Source of the DNA: Azolla caroliniana
Taxonomy: Eukaryota > Plantae > Polypodiophyta
DNA: 64,000 bases
NCBI GenBank assembly: GCA_043228905.1
Contig: JBHGNT010000012.1
Coordinates: 7,750,001-7,814,000 of the forward strand
Direction of reading: 5' to 3'
The position numbers and the translations under genes are program-made. The notes under the pieces are model-generated. The model saw nothing but the letters and a program-made list of their open reading frames with translations. It searched no databases and was not told the origin of the DNA. Positions 49,092 through 62,700 of this stretch are shown here, piece after piece (the first letter of the stretch is position 1; every line of letters begins with the position of its first letter).

Positions 49092-49500
49092 ACGTATTCG
49101 TCACGGATGTCTGGCGGTTCTTGGGAGCATGCGCCTTCTACCATATCTGGATTCCGCACTATGCACATATCACCAAGCCACTCTATGGCTTGCTAACGAA
49201 AGGTAGGAAATATGAATGGGGCGAAGAACACACAGAGGCAGTCCAGAGACTAAAGGAAATGTTGACGGCTGCACCGGCTCTACGAAAAACCATATACAAA
49301 CCAGACACGCCGAACACTCCGGTTTACATCACAATGGACACCAACCTGACCGGAATCGGATGGGCTGCAAATAAGGAAGATGAGAACGGCGCACGTTTTC
49401 CCATCCGGTTTGGTGTGAAGGTGTTGAGTGAGCGGCAACGAGGATACGCCCAAGTCAAGCGCGAACTATGGGGTATCGTTTCGGCGGTTAAGGTCAATAA

Positions 49501-49644
49501 GGACTACTTAATTGGGACAAAAGTGATTATAGAGATGGACTACTTAATTGGGACAAAAGTGATTATAGAGATGGACTACTTAATTGGGACAAAAGTGATT
49601 ATAGAGATGGACTACTTAATTGGGACAAAAGTGATTATAGAGAT
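49501..49644. repeat. 4 perfect tandem copies of a 36-bp unit (DYLIGTKVIIEM)
   Basis: GGACTACTTAATTGGGACAAAAGTGATTATAGAGAT x4. Confidence 0.97.
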
Positions 49645-52205
49645 GAACTGCCTATCGATTATCGATATGGTTTCTGGATGTGCAACTCCAGATCTGGCGA
49701 TGCTGAGATGGATTGTGTACATCAAGTCCTTGAACCCAGAAATACGACATATTTCTGGAAAGGACAACGTCATGAACGATATGCTTTCAAGAGTGAGGTT
49801 CGAGAACGAGGACGACATGGTGTCAAAAAACGAAGAAGTCCGCGCGGACTTCTTCAAATCAACCCGGATGAAGGTAAACAGGCGAAGCACTCCGCCCCTG
49901 AACGAGTTCGATGAGAATGACTATGACAGGGAGTGGCTTCTAATTGGAAGATTCCTAAGCACGATGACGGCGGACACGTCATGGACAAGGGAGGAAGCGA
50001 GTTGACTCCGGAAGAAGGCATACAAATTCTTCCTACGAAGCAGGAAAATCTGGCGACATCCAAAGAAGCGGAACGACGCGCCACTCCGGGTAGTGACATG
50101 AACAGTGCTGATGATGGAGTTCCATGAGAGCCCTTGGTCTGAACATCGGGGTACATGGGCCATGTTCGAGAAGCTAAAGGAGAGGTAATTGTGGTCGGGA
50201 ATGTACAAGGATGTGCACCATTTCGTGTCGACGTGCGAAAGTTGCCAGATGCACTCGGTGGTTTGACACCGCGACGAGCTATACCCGACCTACCCCCCAA
50301 CCATACAGTTCAAGTGGATGGTCAACTTGGTGACGATGCCGATGGGAGTAGGACAAATGCGGTACATGGTGCTAGCGAGGGAAGATCTGACGAACCAAGT
50401 AGAAGGGCGGGCATTGACGAACAATACCACCACGGCCGTATGCAAGTTTCTAATGAACGATGTCGTCTGGCGATACGGGTGCGTGGGGAAAATTGTGGCC
50501 GACCACGGAGAGTTGGATGTGGAGGAGGCCGAGGAGCTGTTTGACCGGCTAGGGGTCAAGTTGTCCCTTACAACTGCATACAAGCCGAAGGCAAACAAGA
50601 AGGTTGAGCGGGGTCATGAGCCGATTGTAAAGGCCATAGTACACGCATGCGAAGGGCGAGTCGGCAATTGCCCAAGGCTCCTACCTTATGCGTTGTGGGC
50701 GGACCGAACTACGCACAGTTCGATGACTGGATACATGCTTGCGGAGCTCATGTTTGGGCAGAAACCCATCATGCCGGTGGAGCGAACAATTACCCAAGGA
50801 AATGACCCAAGGGGTCATACTTTGAGCTATCCTATGTATGTTACAATATGTTTTTTCAAATATTTATTCTTTACTAATAATATTACTTTAAATTTGATTG
50901 AAATTTTAAGCAATAACCTTAATTAAATACTCTAAGAGCATAAACTCTAGGGTTGATTTTAATGTTTTAAGTTTTAAGTTTTAAGTTAAAACTTAATTTT
51001 TTACTAACCTTTTTTCCAAAATACATTTCTTCTTTTTTTCCAAAAAATAACCTTTTCTTTATACTTAATAGTAAAAACATTAACATAATATTTATTTTAT
51101 GTATTTCATTATCTTTGTGAGGTAGTTATTGTGATTTGTGTATCTTGTATTATAGTAATGACATGTATAACAATGTAGCATTATATAGAGCTTTTCATTT
51201 TTAAAATTTGAATGTCAAATGACATACATCTTTAAAAAATGCCAGTCAAAAAACTGTGATACTAACCCATCAAATTTAGGCCTTGATCTCTACTCCTCTT
51301 TTGGACATGCTTGATCTTCTCAATAAAGTTTTATCCTCAAATCACACATATGGCCGTCCCCAAATTATAGTTATGGCCTTAGCCATAATCCCAAGCATAA
51401 TTTTCCTCAAATTTTCTTGTTAAATTGCTTTTATGTTCCATAGTCAAATTTTTATGTCATCAATGACACTCATTTCATCTTTAGATATCCTCCACTTTAG
51501 ATCCAAAATCATTAACACATTACGCATTAATTTGATTCTTGTCCAATAGCAAAAATGATTTGTAAGGTAATCAATGCAATGTAGATATCTCAAGTTGTAG
51601 CAAGATCTCCATTCAATTGGGCTTTTGCATATGTTGAGTTTAGTAGAGTGATGGCCCATTTCCAAGTTATTTTGGAGCAATTACAATATGGGAGGGGGTA
51701 TGTTTCAATTGGAGTTGCACCAATTGCATGAAGAACTAGTTTCGCAGCAATTTTTGATTGTTTGAAAAGACAATAAATCTTCCATATGAAGAGCAACAAT
51801 TACATAGGTGACATGTCATCATATTAGGTTGAGAATGAGTTCTTAGTATTTGAATCCAAGACAGATTCGAAGTTCATTGTAAGTTAGTCTCCATGGGGTG
51901 GATCCTAATTCTATTCTAAATCATGGTGGAGTTTTTTTCTTCTGTAAAAGAGACACATATTAACATCGTAACAATTGTAACTTGGGTTTTTCCAAATTTA
52001 CCAACTTTGGATCCAAATTCCACTATAAGTTAATCATGGTGATGGTGTTTTCTTTGGTTAAAAAGAGACATTATGGACACTCTTTCAAATTTACAACTTT
52101 GATGTTACAATGTAAAGGTGTTTGATGTATGTGAAGGTGCTCCTCGAAACAGAAGGCCATCCAACTAGTTCAATGCCCTCAAGATCCTCAAATTTATGAC
52201 TTTGT

Positions 52206-52593
52206 TAAAGTTGCTTAATATAGCTCAAGTGCCCACAAAAATGGAGGATAGATCAAATCATAGCTCATCACCTTGTCCTCAACTACCTTATACTTGACAT
52301 GCAAGTAATGCATTGCACTTAAACTAGCATCAAACAAAGCGATTATGATGTGATCTGATGTTTATGAGCTTCACACGATCACACGTAATCATGATTATCA
52401 ATACTAAAGTTGCTTAATATAACTCAAGTGCCCACAAAAATGGAGGATAGATCAAATCATAGCTCATCACCTTGTCCTCGACTGCCTTATACTTGACATG
52501 CAAGTAATGCATTGCACTTAGACTAGCAATTATGATGTGATCTGATGTTGATGAGCATCGCACGATCACACCTAATCATGATTATCAATACTA
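52206..52593. repeat. ~199-bp tandem duplication
   Basis: TAAAGTTGCTTAATATARCTCAAGTGCCCAC...GATTATCAATAC at 52206 and 52405. Confidence 0.92.
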
Positions 52594-53101
52594 ATTGCCT
52601 CATTGTTAAGGAGGAAGAGCAAGGTATTAGGATCAAAGCAAATATAACAAACATAAATGTGAGTTGATGTAAAAAAGAATTCATCCTCTTCCACTTCTTC
52701 ATTCAGGGTTAGCTTGATCTTTGGTGTTGGTGTAGCTCTTCTTTTGATATCTCAAACTTGTCCTTCAAGTTTGAAGAATTTGGCCATGTCTTCATCAAAT
52801 TCCACATCTTGTTAGGCTAATGATCTTTAATTTCAAACATGTCTCAAAAAGTTATTAGGCCTTAAAACTACATGTTGTGCCTGGTGGGAAACACTTATTG
52901 TTATGTCCACACCTGTCAATCTATAGCAACATAGAACAATTTCTCTGTTTCTTCCTTTGATGTTAAATCTATTGTACACCAATTGTCAAAAAACAACTGT
53001 TTTTTCGTTATAGCTTTAATTGATGCCATGGATGTTTGGATTTCTGGTGGGATTAAGTAAACATGATTGATCCCAAATGAAAACAATCATTTTGGTGCGT
53101 C

Positions 53102-53923
53102 TTACAAATGAGTATTCGACAGAGAGCATTCTCTCAATGTATATAAGATGCATAACAATTTCTTCCTTTCCTCCTTCTTGGAGATTCTCAATCCAGTAGA
53201 GCATGGATATTTAAAAGCAACCAGATCATCAACACTAGGTGTTTCCTCGGATAATTGTCGCATATATTCTTCTCGGAAATTCACACTGTACACAAAAAAC
53301 TCTTCACCCACCACTTTAATACCATACAGAACTTTTGGGTTTAGAACACCTTGGTGTTTAGCAATATTCTCTTGACAAGCCGCGATCAATGACCCAACCA
53401 TATGGATATCCCCTTGTTTATATCGAGTGTCAATCCTATGTTTCCCATGTTGAAGAAGCCAAACTATTTCACCTGACCTTCGTTTACCTTCTCGATCCGA
53501 GAAGATAGTATACACCACAGATCTGAGGTGCAATGCAAGCCTCGAGAATCGGCTATATAGCTTCACACCACCATCATCTAGCTTGCTTTCTTTGATGATG
53601 AGATCTACAAGGTCTTGCACATATATCTCGAGCTTTTCATTTGGATCTAGCCTTTGTAGTGTGACATCCTGGAGCCGGCAGAGAAAGAGTCTTTGGGACA
53701 TTGAAAGCTCTTGGTGCTCTTTAGGTGCAAACGTTATAATTTCTGGGATACCAAAACCCTCTAATTCCAAGTGTTTGAGATAATCCGGAACCAAATGTTT
53801 CAAAGAATTGGGGAATACCTCGATCGGATCATTGGTTTCGACAAGACGTATTCGGAGCAAATCCTCTTCTTTTCGACCTAAACATGATGTCTGTGAATTA
53901 AGGAACAATGAATAGTTTTGCAT
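53102..53923 (-). CDS. 273-aa protein, putative PD-(D/E)xK restriction-endonuclease-like fold (Crinkler CR-REase-like); candidate horizontally acquired gene
   Basis: Uninterrupted 822-bp ORF in AT-rich DNA; motifs SDREG, WLLQHGKH, SLIAACQEN, LYGIKVVG.EFFVY, KYP..GL.I...ERK..L; predicted 5'-UTR intron 54473-53962. The CDS is well supported; the family call is from memory of the motif pattern. Confidence 0.7.
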   Translation of the reverse strand: MQNYSLFLNSQTSCLGRKEEDLLRIRLVETNDPIEVFPNSLKHLVPDYLKHLELEGFGIPEIITFAPKEHQELSMSQRLFLCRLQDVTLQRLDPNEKLEIYVQDLVDLIIKESKLDDGGVKLYSRFSRLALHLRSVVYTIFSDREGKRRSGEIVWLLQHGKHRIDTRYKQGDIHMVGSLIAACQENIAKHQGVLNPKVLYGIKVVGEEFFVYSVNFREEYMRQLSEETPSVDDLVAFKYPCSTGLRISKKEERKKLLCILYTLRECSLSNTHL

Positions 53924-54243
53924 TTTTCTTCTTCTTTGCTATGGAATCCAACCAGAAAGAGCTGCCAAATATGACAGATTGCAGGAGTCAGCAAGCAAGT
54001 AAATATCACCTTCTAACAAGTTTGATACTTGCATATATAAACATCAACATGCATGCACATATATACATACAGTAAGACATCACACAAAGCCAAACTGTAT
54101 GCATATATACATATAGGGCAGCATAAATACATAAAAGATGTATAAATAAAGCATCATACTTACATGCATAAATACAGATATGCACACATAAAATACATAC
54201 ATACACACATAAACCCATACAGACATACATACATATACATACA

Positions 54244-54288
<45 letters not shown>

Positions 54289-56789
54289 AGGCATCATAGA
54301 TATTAAATTTACGGAATATATGCATATATAGAGAGGAACATATATACCAATAGTATGCATACATGGGTACATAGAGCATCCATACAGTCAAAACAGAGAT
54401 AGTGAATATAAGCCACTCTAGATGGTTATTAAGCGCCTTCATCCTCTAATCTGAGAGAGAGAGAGAGAGATACCTGGTTGAAAGAGAGACCGACGATTCC
54501 TGTGTTTCTTCTGTGTGAGATGCGGTCAGGTAGGAGAAGAAGATCTGCAAAAGAGTGAGAGAGTGTGTTGTGTGATGTTTTAGAGAGAGATTTAATGGAT
54601 GATGGAGAGAGAGAGAGAGAGAGAGCTCATGCTTTTAAAATTTAGATGGATGGATGGACTTGACTTTGGGAAGGAAGGAAGGAAGGAAAGCTTCTTTTGG
54701 CCGAGGCCGGACAAAGGAATGGAGAGGCCACCCATCCATCCATCCGCACGCCCGCCCGCCCGCCTGCCCAAACACATTCGTGAAACCTATGTATAGTACA
54801 TGGCTCAGGGGTTTCGCCCATCGAGCATCCCACCACACCCCACGCCATGCACTCCGTTTGTCTGCCCTTGCGCCAACACACATGTCGGTAACAACCATCC
54901 ATCAAGCACCTGCCTTTTTACACCATATCATAGCTCTCGTAAGAATTGTATGCTCCAAACATGTGTCATTCCGGGTCCTCAAATGGTGTCCCATCGTTCT
55001 CATGTGAGTGAAAATCGCTTGGTCACAAATTCAAGTGATAGTGAAGAAAAAAACGGGGGGCAGGGAGGTTGATGGTATTATGGAGATTCAAGGAGGTGTC
55101 ATAGAAACCAATCACCATATCAATGTCTTGTAGTCGAGCAATCCTTGGTGCATCTTTGCCTGTGAAAAGAGCACACTTATCATTCTTTGGTACATCATAC
55201 ACATATGTACAAGGCTTTTTTTGACAAGTTATTTGGTTCTTCGAAGCATTAGATAAAACACATCATCGATCAACCTATAGACTTATGCACCTAAAAATGG
55301 GGCACAAAATGGAATGTCAAACAATATTTGTTCCATTCGGTACATCATTGTCCATATACTATTCAAAGTCGTGACAAGAACTTGGTTTAAATGCTTCCTT
55401 TTGAGCCCACCATACACATCAAATCACAAAAAAATGGCTGTTAAGACTTTCCTCTCCATCTAAATCCCTTTACCATGCACATCGTTCTCAATATGAATAT
55501 TGAATTTGCAAAACTTTTGCTTTTATCATGGTTCATGGATAAAGTTCTTGATTGTTAAACGTCATTTGAATAAAAATTGTAGTACATTTAAAAAATATAT
55601 GATTTAAGTCTCCATTTTGGAATCTTGCTAGTTATACATCATTTGAAACATTTAAAAGAAATATGATTGAAGTTCTGAGTTTTATTATGTCAACAAACAT
55701 AAAATTGACATACTTCTCATCACCACAAGAAAAAAGTGTCTCAATATCAATATTTTAGAGTAAAGCCTTGCGATCATTGTCCTTGGATCAAGAAAAAGTT
55801 ATTGAACAAAACTAATAATGGAGAAGTTTAGGACTTATCAGTTGGTAGTTAGTTACTAGCAATTCTAATTCGTATGTGAGAGGAGAGCTCAAAGAGTTTT
55901 GTGAAAACATTCTAAAAAAAGCATTTCCATCCATTAGCTCTACCATAATTTCCCCTTCAAAAAGTAGGTACACACAGAACAGCAAATCCTTCCTTACTCC
56001 CCAAAACTATCTTTCAAGCTCATTTCTATCATCAATTCAAGAAACTCAAATAACATAGGTCTTTCCACTACCACCTTTCTATATGAACATGCTTGACCTA
56101 CAAGATATCCTATAAATCTCTAAAAATGTGTTAATTGATTCCCTTTAGAATAAATTTATACCTTTCCCTTCTTTTTCCTCCAGAACACCATGGCATGCAT
56201 CTCTTGAAGGCTCAAACTGCTGTTTCTATACAGTTACATCACACGTCAAATTTTGTTGCCAATTCTGCCCATGTTAACACCCATGCATTTTATCTTGCGA
56301 AGGCCACACATTTCCCATTCTCCATTTTTTTAAAATGTCTAACCTCCCCTTGGTTTGTGATATTTCTGATAAGTTGATAACCATAACATATTATCATGTG
56401 CATTTCGTCATTTGCTCTTTCCACAACAAAATCCCCATCCTAATCTCATTCCACAAAACTTGGGTATCAACTATTATTATTATTATTCTAGATACCCAAT
56501 GTGCAATGATGGCAACATAGGACTGTCATCTTTGTTAACACCTTAGATCAGCATTAATTGCTTCACTTCCATGCATGCTTTTTTCACATAGATTTGCAAC
56601 AGGCCCTCCTTTCTCATAACAATGACAGATTTCAAAGTGCATCCTTTGGCTGTAATTCTTTATCATATGGTACATTGAATCTTGGACAGTAATTATCTTT
56701 TCTTTAGTCTCTAGAACTAACTATCTATACAAGTATATTCCTCTCTTCCTCTATCCAGTTCCTTCTATAATGATGGTTAGAAGGATGGT

Positions 56790-59700
56790 TTAGGGCGGGA
56801 CATGTTCAGCCCGGATAGTTAAGAAGACAGCATCTTGAACAGGAGTTGACTGACCATTCACATGAAATTGTTGTGGGAAATCAACACGGACACTCTTATA
56901 CTGATATAACTGCAACCAAAAATATATAAAATAAAGAAACATTAAATTGGCAGTCCCATCTTTTAAAGAATAGCATATCTCAAACCAGTACAATTCTAGT
57001 TAAGGAAAAACTATGGACCTTCTTTTCCCATGAAACGTTAAATTGATGGAAGAAGGGCTCAAACAAGCTCAATGAATCACCTTCTTTGATCTGAACCACA
57101 GCCATCATTCCAAAGAGTTAACCTTCATTACTACAGAAAAACCAATGAATTTTATTGGGAATCTATGGTAAACATTGTATGATTACCACTCCATCACGCA
57201 AAGCATAAACAGAAAGAATAAAGAAGTTCCCCTCACAGTCCACCATAAGGAAAAACCTGCATGCATACAAGGGCTAATCACTACCTCATAATACGTATGG
57301 TCATCAAATGGAATATAAGATATATATCGCAAATGTTTATTTATATCTTTGCAGCTATATTCTGAGAATTTCAAACAAGTTATCCTTTATACAAATTACA
57401 TTCTATCTAGGTCTTCTCCAAGGTCCAGCAAAGACCACATTGCAATCAAAAACTTACAATGGAACACCACTGTCATGGCGTATTGAAAGAACTGTTTTAC
57501 TCAATAATACAACCCCTTTGTTGTAACCTTCTTTCAGAGAAAGCAAATTTACTTGCCTGAGGTGTGCTGGAGCTACAAAGAAGAAAGGAAGTAAACAAAC
57601 TAATGAAATTGAAATAGAAGCATCAAGCAAAAAGATAGACACATGGCAAATTTTCAGATATCTTACAGCACCATTTTCACCCTGTAAAGCTGAAAGTAGA
57701 GTTGAAAGTCGCTTTGTCTTAATTCGGCCCTACACAATGTACGGTAATATACCTCTTAATACATCAATCATATATTTAAAACACTGCAAAAAATTTAAGC
57801 TTCACTTTAAACAAACGTTTAGTTCTCATTGTGTGCATAGTCCAACAATACTTCCATCAGTGTTTGACTATATAAATCATGTAACGCAAAAAAGTTCACG
57901 GCAATACTTCCAATGTTACCTCAACAAATCAGAGGGAAAAGACTTTCCTAATGACAAATGACACATTGTCTTTTGGTTTCCATTAAAGACTACAGGTACG
58001 TCACATACATATCCTAAATCCTTCTGTGCATATAGGTTCTGCACTTTAGAATCTTCACACTTTTCTCTAACACCAAGTCTAGTTACCGATTGCCCTGTGT
58101 ATCCTGTGGCAGTAGTAAGTCTTCTATTTGCTATTTGCAACCTATAATGAACGTTTTTAAGCGAGATACCTATCTTGACTGCTGGTGAAGCCTTGAATCA
58201 TTAATATCTCATTTTCCAGATTCTATCAATATAATAGATGATGCTATTAGTAAAGTTCTTTGTTTTTGCTGTTTCCGAAAAACTCTACTTCAGGCTAAAT
58301 AAGTCTATAAAGACAAATCCTGATGTAAAAGGTGTTGATACATGTCCGAATGAAGCTATTTAAACTAATGTATAGAATTGTATCATGAAAACATTACATA
58401 GGTGGCTCCTAGTCTAGACTGTAGCAAAGAACACAGTATAGGTATAAAATCATGATGCCCTGAAGCACACAAAAACCATATATAAGTTTCCTATCCTTAC
58501 CATTCTCTTCCAACACTTCAAAGAAGACATAGTTACCTTATTTGCTGTTGCGTCTTCTAGTTTAGTAAGAAGTTTAACCAACTTTTCAACCTCTTCATCT
58601 GCATGAAGTCCAGGATCTCTAATACTCGCTGCTTTAAAACCTTTTAAAGCTCTCTCATAATCCTCCAAGTACCGATTGACCTATAACATGTCAATGCTGA
58701 GAGCAAACCAAAAAAATATAGCATGCAAACTGAGTGTCCTTTGAGCAAATAAGAAAGCTTACTGTTGCACAATTGAAGTATAAATCAGGATTCGTGTTTG
58801 CCAGTTCATCTTTCTCCTGTGAGAGAAATAAAGCATTTGTTACTCTCCATATAGCTTCATCACAATGCCACATTTCAGGTAAATGATAGAGATGCATGCA
58901 GCATATAGTTCTCCATTAATATACCAGAAGAAAAAACGTACTGCATTTTGATATGCTTTCAAGGACTGCCGAAGCTTGTTTTGATCACAAGTTCCAGTAA
59001 CAAAGAAGCTTGTAAGGTATGCATTTCCTAATGTATCTGTGAAAGGAAAAATATGTCATGATTCATTACAATTGACTTAACTGTCGAGCAAAACAATCAT
59101 GACATCAATGATAATTTAAAAAGAAAAAGGAAATCATGAATCAAACTTTTATTTAGCTCTTTGAATCAAGGGAAAGAAACTTGCACAAATTAGACAGCAG
59201 AACAACGCAGATATGTACAAGAGAAACACCGAGAGAAGAAAAAGGATATCACAAAACACAGTCTTCTAACTATAGAGGTGTTGAATTGTTGGGGTAAAGG
59301 CCCTAAATGACCCCCCTTATATTGTGTACATCATAGTGTGAACCATAAATACCATATGTGCATTCGCATTCGTGAATGTTTCAATCATTCGCGTAAGAAA
59401 AACACCCTCAAAGAATGATAAATACCATACTTTTGGATTAACTATTTATTATGAGGTAAATAAGCCAAAAAAATGAAAAAAATAACATTAAAAAAATGGG
59501 AAAAAAACAAAAAAAAACACAAGAATGTTGGAATAACATTAGCATTCGTTTTCCAACGTAGGAAAACGAATGTTATGCTAGATGATCACGAATTTTACGT
59601 ACTATGGTGTACATGTGTATAGGACTAATTATAAAGGCCAAAAGTCACTTATCACGTACTCTTTATTTTTGGGCCAAGTTCAATGTGAACTTGGCCAACT

Positions 59701-62700
59701 CTAAATGGGTCATATAAAACATAGGTTTAGAACTTTTGGATCTCACTTTAGAGGTAAGCTCCTCCAACTACTGCTCTCTCTATCTTTTCAGCCATTGCTC
59801 TACTGTTGCACCAAAGCACCCATACTTGGGTGACTCTTGACTGTTCCTCAGCCCTATTGACATCATTTCTGACCCTTTCAACTAGTATCAAAGCAGATTT
59901 AGGGTTTCACAGCTACTATGCAGGTGCTACACAGCAAAGAAAAGGTGTTTAGACCTTGTGCAGCTATAGCGTCATCTTCCTCAAATGTGAAGAATCTTTT
60001 TGAGATTCGACGATTTGAGGGAACAGGTTTCGACTTATGGAAGGCGGGAATGCAAGGAATTCTCTTTCTAAATAAAGGATTGTGACAAGGCATTGGAGGC
60101 AGGAAAACTAGATAACATGTCAGACTATGCATGGCTGATTTTGAACAAAAAGGTTGTCACATATATTAGGAAGGTTGTTTCTAATGAGATTTTGGTAGAT
60201 CTCAAAGGCTTGGTATCTGCTTCCAAAATATGGGCAAAGCTGAAGGCTACATATGAAAACACTACACCTATTAATCAAGTACACCTGATGTGAAAGCTTG
60301 TTGGCATGCAGCTGAACACTTGTCCTTGTTTACAGGTACCTTATCACAGCTGCAGGACTTAGGAATGGCTCCTTTTGATGACAAGCTCAGAGACATTTTC
60401 TTGCTTATGGCATTAGATGACTCATGGGAGACATTGGTAGTCTCATTGTCTATTAACCCCAACTTGACCTTTGATGGTGTTAGGGATTCCATACTCAATG
60501 AACAGATTAGAAGAAAAGGAAGTGGAGAAGGTGGCAGGTCAGCCAACATGGTTAGAGGTAGGACAGATAATAGAAGTGATTATGCACACAGGAACAAAAT
60601 TAAAACCAAGGAAAGGAGAAATAGTTGTAAAGGTAAACGCAATGATGTAACATGCTATCAATGTGGTAGGAAAGGCCACAAGAAACCTGATTGCCACTAT
60701 TACAAAGAAAAATTTGAAAGAAAGAAGAAATCTAGAGATAAGAAAAGGACAAGACTGATGCACATGACAACCAAAAGGACAAAGAAGGCCAATTTGGCCT
60801 CTAATGTAGTCATAGAGGAGTTGTCAAATGTTGAGGACATTTTATGTGCTACTTTTTCAGCTGATGATACTTGTGCATATGATGCCTCTCTAAATGTTCA
60901 TTCATAGGACATGTGCATCACTAAGAATAATCTTATTGATGCTTTGTTGGCCGTCAATGACGCATTGGCCCATGCATATGATGCCTCTCTAAATGTTCAT
61001 TCACAGAACATGAGCATCACTAAGAATGATCGTATTGATGCTTTGCTAGCCGTCAATGATGCATTGGCCGAAACGTGGATAGTTAACTCTAGTCCTTCAT
61101 TTCATGTGACTCCTATCAAGGAGTGTTTTTCTACTTTTACTACAGGCAGCCATGGTCATGTATAACTTAGAAACAATCATGCATGTTCCATTGAGGGTAT
61201 TGGCACAATGCATTTTTCTACAAATGGCACTAATGAGTTGGTTTTGCATAATGTGCGTTATGTAACAGGGAACAAGAAGAGCTTGCTTTCTTTGGATCAA
61301 ACGGATATGTATGGTTATAGCATTCTCTCTGAGAGAGGATCATGGAAAATGACAAAAGGTTCAAGGCTGATTGTGAAAGGCACAAAGAAGGGAACTCTTT
61401 ATTGCTTACATGGAAATGCTTTATCAGGCAAGCTTATCGCTTTGGCTGAAGTTCACTCCCATAGGGAGTTGTGGCATAAGAGACTTGGCCATATGGCCAA
61501 AAGAATCTCACTAGGCTTTCTAATCTAAAGAAGCTCGATGCTAAAGGTACAAAGCTTGATTTTTGTAATGCATGTCAATATAGAAAGCAAGTGAAGTGTT
61601 CCTTTTACTCTAGTGTGTCTCGTAAGTCTTGTGTACTTGATCTTGTTCATTTTGATGTGTGTAGCATGCCCACCAAATCTATGGGGGGTGCTTTGTATTT
61701 TATTTCATTTGTTGATGATTTCTCTAGAAAAACTTGGGTTCAATTGCTTAAATCTACGGATGAAGCCTTTGTTGTGTTTAAGCGTTTTCATGCATTTGTG
61801 ACCACCCAAACAGGTGAAAAACTGAAATGTTTGTGTACAGACAATGGTGGTGAGTATACAAGTGCTGAATTCAAGAAATTTTGTGAAATTTTAGGTATTA
61901 AGAGGGAGCTTATTGTTCCATACAGCCCCTCTTCTAATGGTGTGGCTGAATAATATAATAGGACACTTTGTGAGAGTGTGAGATGCATGCTGTCCACCGC
62001 TAATCTCCCTCATGAATTTTGGGGAGAGGCACTCAAAACTGCAGTACATGTATGCAATAGATGCCATCATGTGTCTTTAAAAGGTGACATCCCTGAAGAG
62101 GTTTGGTTTGGCAAACCTGCTTCATATGATCACTTACATGTCTTTGGCTACGAGGCTTTTGTACATATAAGGCCTGAGCTGAGAAACAAACTTGATGCCA
62201 AGTCCATTAAAGGCCTCTTCATGGGATATGGTGAAGAAGGCGAAATGGGTTACAGGATTTGGATACCCCAGCTCAAGAAGGTTATACGCAGCCGGGATGT
62301 TGTTTTCAATGAGGCAAGGCTGCTTCACAACAACTGTGCCTTAAAAGATGATCATAAAAGGATTAGATTTCAGCATGACCAGCCACTTGTTAGACCCAAT
62401 TTTGACCCTCAGGATGCACCACAAAGGACAAGGAGTGGAATACTATGTTTCATGCACGCACAAAACTTATTGATGTGCAATATCATTTCATTCAAGAAGT
62501 GCTTGAGGATGGCCTTATCACATTGATAAAGGTCCACACATCGCAAAACCCTGTTGATGTAATCACCAAGTGCTTACCCAAAGCTAACATCAGGTATGTA
62601 TACAGATGGTGGGAGTTACGTAGCTTAATGGCGTCATTTATGCCTTTAAGTGGGAGGTTGTTGGGGTAAAGGCCCTAAATGACCCCCTTATAGTGTGTAC

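Larger units (their letters stand above)
46629..50790 (+). mobile_element. Decayed Ty3/Gypsy: LTR-like piece (46629-47024) joined to pol (RT, RNase H, integrase)
   Basis: FIQDLQPVNK, GGTNSVAHM, FLDDIPIKG, YAQVKRELWGI, AREDLTNQVEGRAL, ALWADRTT; many stops; interrupted at 47935-49091. Confidence 0.9.

Noticed and set aside
49501-49644. 36-bp repeats as a CRISPR array
   Set aside because: No spacers; a simple tandem expansion of RNase H coding sequence.
51250-52900. Possible decayed DNA-transposon coding sequence
   Set aside because: Only short ORFs with a lone CxC; no motif series or TIRs I can support.
54006-54442. ORFs with VCVC repeats upstream of the 273-aa gene
   Set aside because: Microsatellite translations within the predicted 5'-UTR intron.
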